The translations under genes and the position numbers were made by a program. The notes beneath the pieces were generated by a model that worked only from the letters and a program-made list of their open reading frames with translations, ran no database searches and was not told the origin of the DNA. Of a DNA stretch of 17,339 nucleotides, positions 16,281 to 17,339 are shown piece by piece (the first letter of the stretch is position 1; every line of letters starts with the position of its first letter). The stretch comes from Promethearchaeota archaeon (GTDB lineage Archaea > Asgardarchaeota > Lokiarchaeia > Sigyniarchaeales > SOKP01), in NCBI GenBank assembly GCA_004524535.1, contig SDNY01000075.1:1-17339 (forward strand). The letters are read 5' to 3'.

Positions 16281-16673
16281 TTGAGGGGATTATTTTTGGA
16301 CAGAACAGTGTATTATAAATACATGTTTATCATAGGGGCAATATGGAATTTGGCTGTTGCAATATCTCTTCTTATTATGTCATATTTCATAAATCTTGGA
16401 TTTTCGACTTTAGGTCTAATCTATTATCAAGGTTTTTTGAATTCGGTAATTCTTTTTGGAATTGGATATTATATAGTTGGCAGAGATATCAACAAGAATC
16501 ATGCTATCGTCTTATTAGCCATTGTAGGAAAAATTCAAGTCTTTACATTTTTTCTAGCTTATTTCCTTTTAGGAATTATGACAATTTTCGAAGTTATTGC
16601 CGGTACAATAGATTTAATCTTTGCATGCCTCTTTATTGAGTTTTTAATTAATTTCGAAAAAGTTGAATCTTAA
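16281..16673 (+). CDS. Hypothetical 4-TM membrane protein
   Basis: TTG start; four hydrophobic segments (IGAIWN..., FGIGYY..., VGKI.VF, IDLIFA.LFIEFL). Confidence 0.75.
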   Translation: MRGLFLDRTVYYKYMFIIGAIWNLAVAISLLIMSYFINLGFSTLGLIYYQGFLNSVILFGIGYYIVGRDINKNHAIVLLAIVGKIQVFTFFLAYFLLGIMTIFEVIAGTIDLIFACLFIEFLINFEKVES

Positions 16674-16719
16674 AAGAGAGAAAAAATGATAATATTTTTT
16701 TTTTCTTAAATGCTCGAAT

Positions 16720-17339
16720 TCAATCCTTTTCTTGATTCTTCTGAATTAAATTATGAATCTGGTCGTAAGAACCCAATATTTTCTTAACCTCGGGATGATA
16801 TAATCCTTCTTTTGGGTCGCCTTCAAATATACCTTTTCCGCTATTTAATAATAGCATTTTATCTGCCCAATTTTCCACGAAAAATAAATTATGAGTAGTG
16901 AATAAAATGGTCATCCTCTCTTCTTTCCTTAATTTTTCAAAAATTTCAAGATGGCTATAAATAGATTTAAAATCTAGATTAGCAAATGGCTCGTCTAAAA
17001 TTAACAATTTTGGGTTCATTACTAATAGGCCAGCTAATGAGGCTCTTTTTTTTTGCCCCCAGGACAAATTAAAGGGGGAATATTCTTTAAAATCATATAA
17101 ATTTACTGCTTTTAAAGCCCATTCTACACGTTTTTTTACTTCCTCTTGTTCGAGCTTTAAATTTCTTGCTCCAAAACCTACATCTTCTTCTATAGTTGGA
17201 GCAAATAATTGATCGTCGGGATTTTGGAATAAAAATCCAATGTTTTGCCTAACCTTCCATAATTGCTTTCTATTTCTCGTAAGGACTTCATCAAAAATCT
17301 TGATTGTTCCAGATTTTGGTTTTAATAACCCAACTAACA
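16720..17339 (-). CDS. ecfA: ECF/CbiO-type ABC transporter ATPase, 5'-truncated by the window edge
   Basis: The frame is open from 17337: LVGLLKPKSGTI..., Q-loop GFLFQNPDDQLFAPTIEEDVGFG, signature LSWGQKKR, Walker B LLILDEP, H-loop TTH. The ORF-track start at 17067 is internal. Confidence 0.9.
   Translation of the reverse strand, partial: LVGLLKPKSGTIKIFDEVLTRNRKQLWKVRQNIGFLFQNPDDQLFAPTIEEDVGFGARNLKLEQEEVKKRVEWALKAVNLYDFKEYSPFNLSWGQKKRASLAGLLVMNPKLLILDEPFANLDFKSIYSHLEIFEKLRKEERMTILFTTHNLFFVENWADKMLLLNSGKGIFEGDPKEGLYHPEVKKILGSYDQIHNLIQKNQEKD

Noticed and set aside
8551-16639. Short ORFs 8551-8745, 8849-9085, 10820-11062, 12616-12867, 13257-13496, 13483-13665, 13707-13949 and 16343-16639
   Set aside because: Nested in or antisense to long genes; the similarity of 8849-9085 to 10820-11062 simply reflects the duplication.

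Overview
Low-GC archaeal DNA, most consistent with an Asgard (Lokiarchaeia-type) genome; this is inferred from the Roadblock/LC7 pair, the archaeal information genes and the acidic C-terminally anchored surface proteins. The left part (169-7327, + strand) is a housekeeping block: a double Lrp/AsnC regulator, a tandem DUF2934-like protein, arcS plus the RaSEA radical SAM enzyme (archaeosine pathway), gar1, tfb (apparently starting at ATT) and two Roadblock proteins. A GC-enriched, multi-hairpin non-coding segment of about 310 nt follows (7396-7713, - strand). Next is a - strand cell-surface locus. It has a 1192-aa protein with four cadherin/Ig-like repeats, two diverged paralogous partner proteins in a ~1.96-kb tandem duplication, and a headless but fully open alternative C-terminus of the large gene. 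Its promoter/start region is present twice as a ~110-bp inverted repeat with a 31-bp perfect core. Together these suggest a possible surface-variation system. The window ends with two membrane proteins and a partial ECF-type ABC ATPase.
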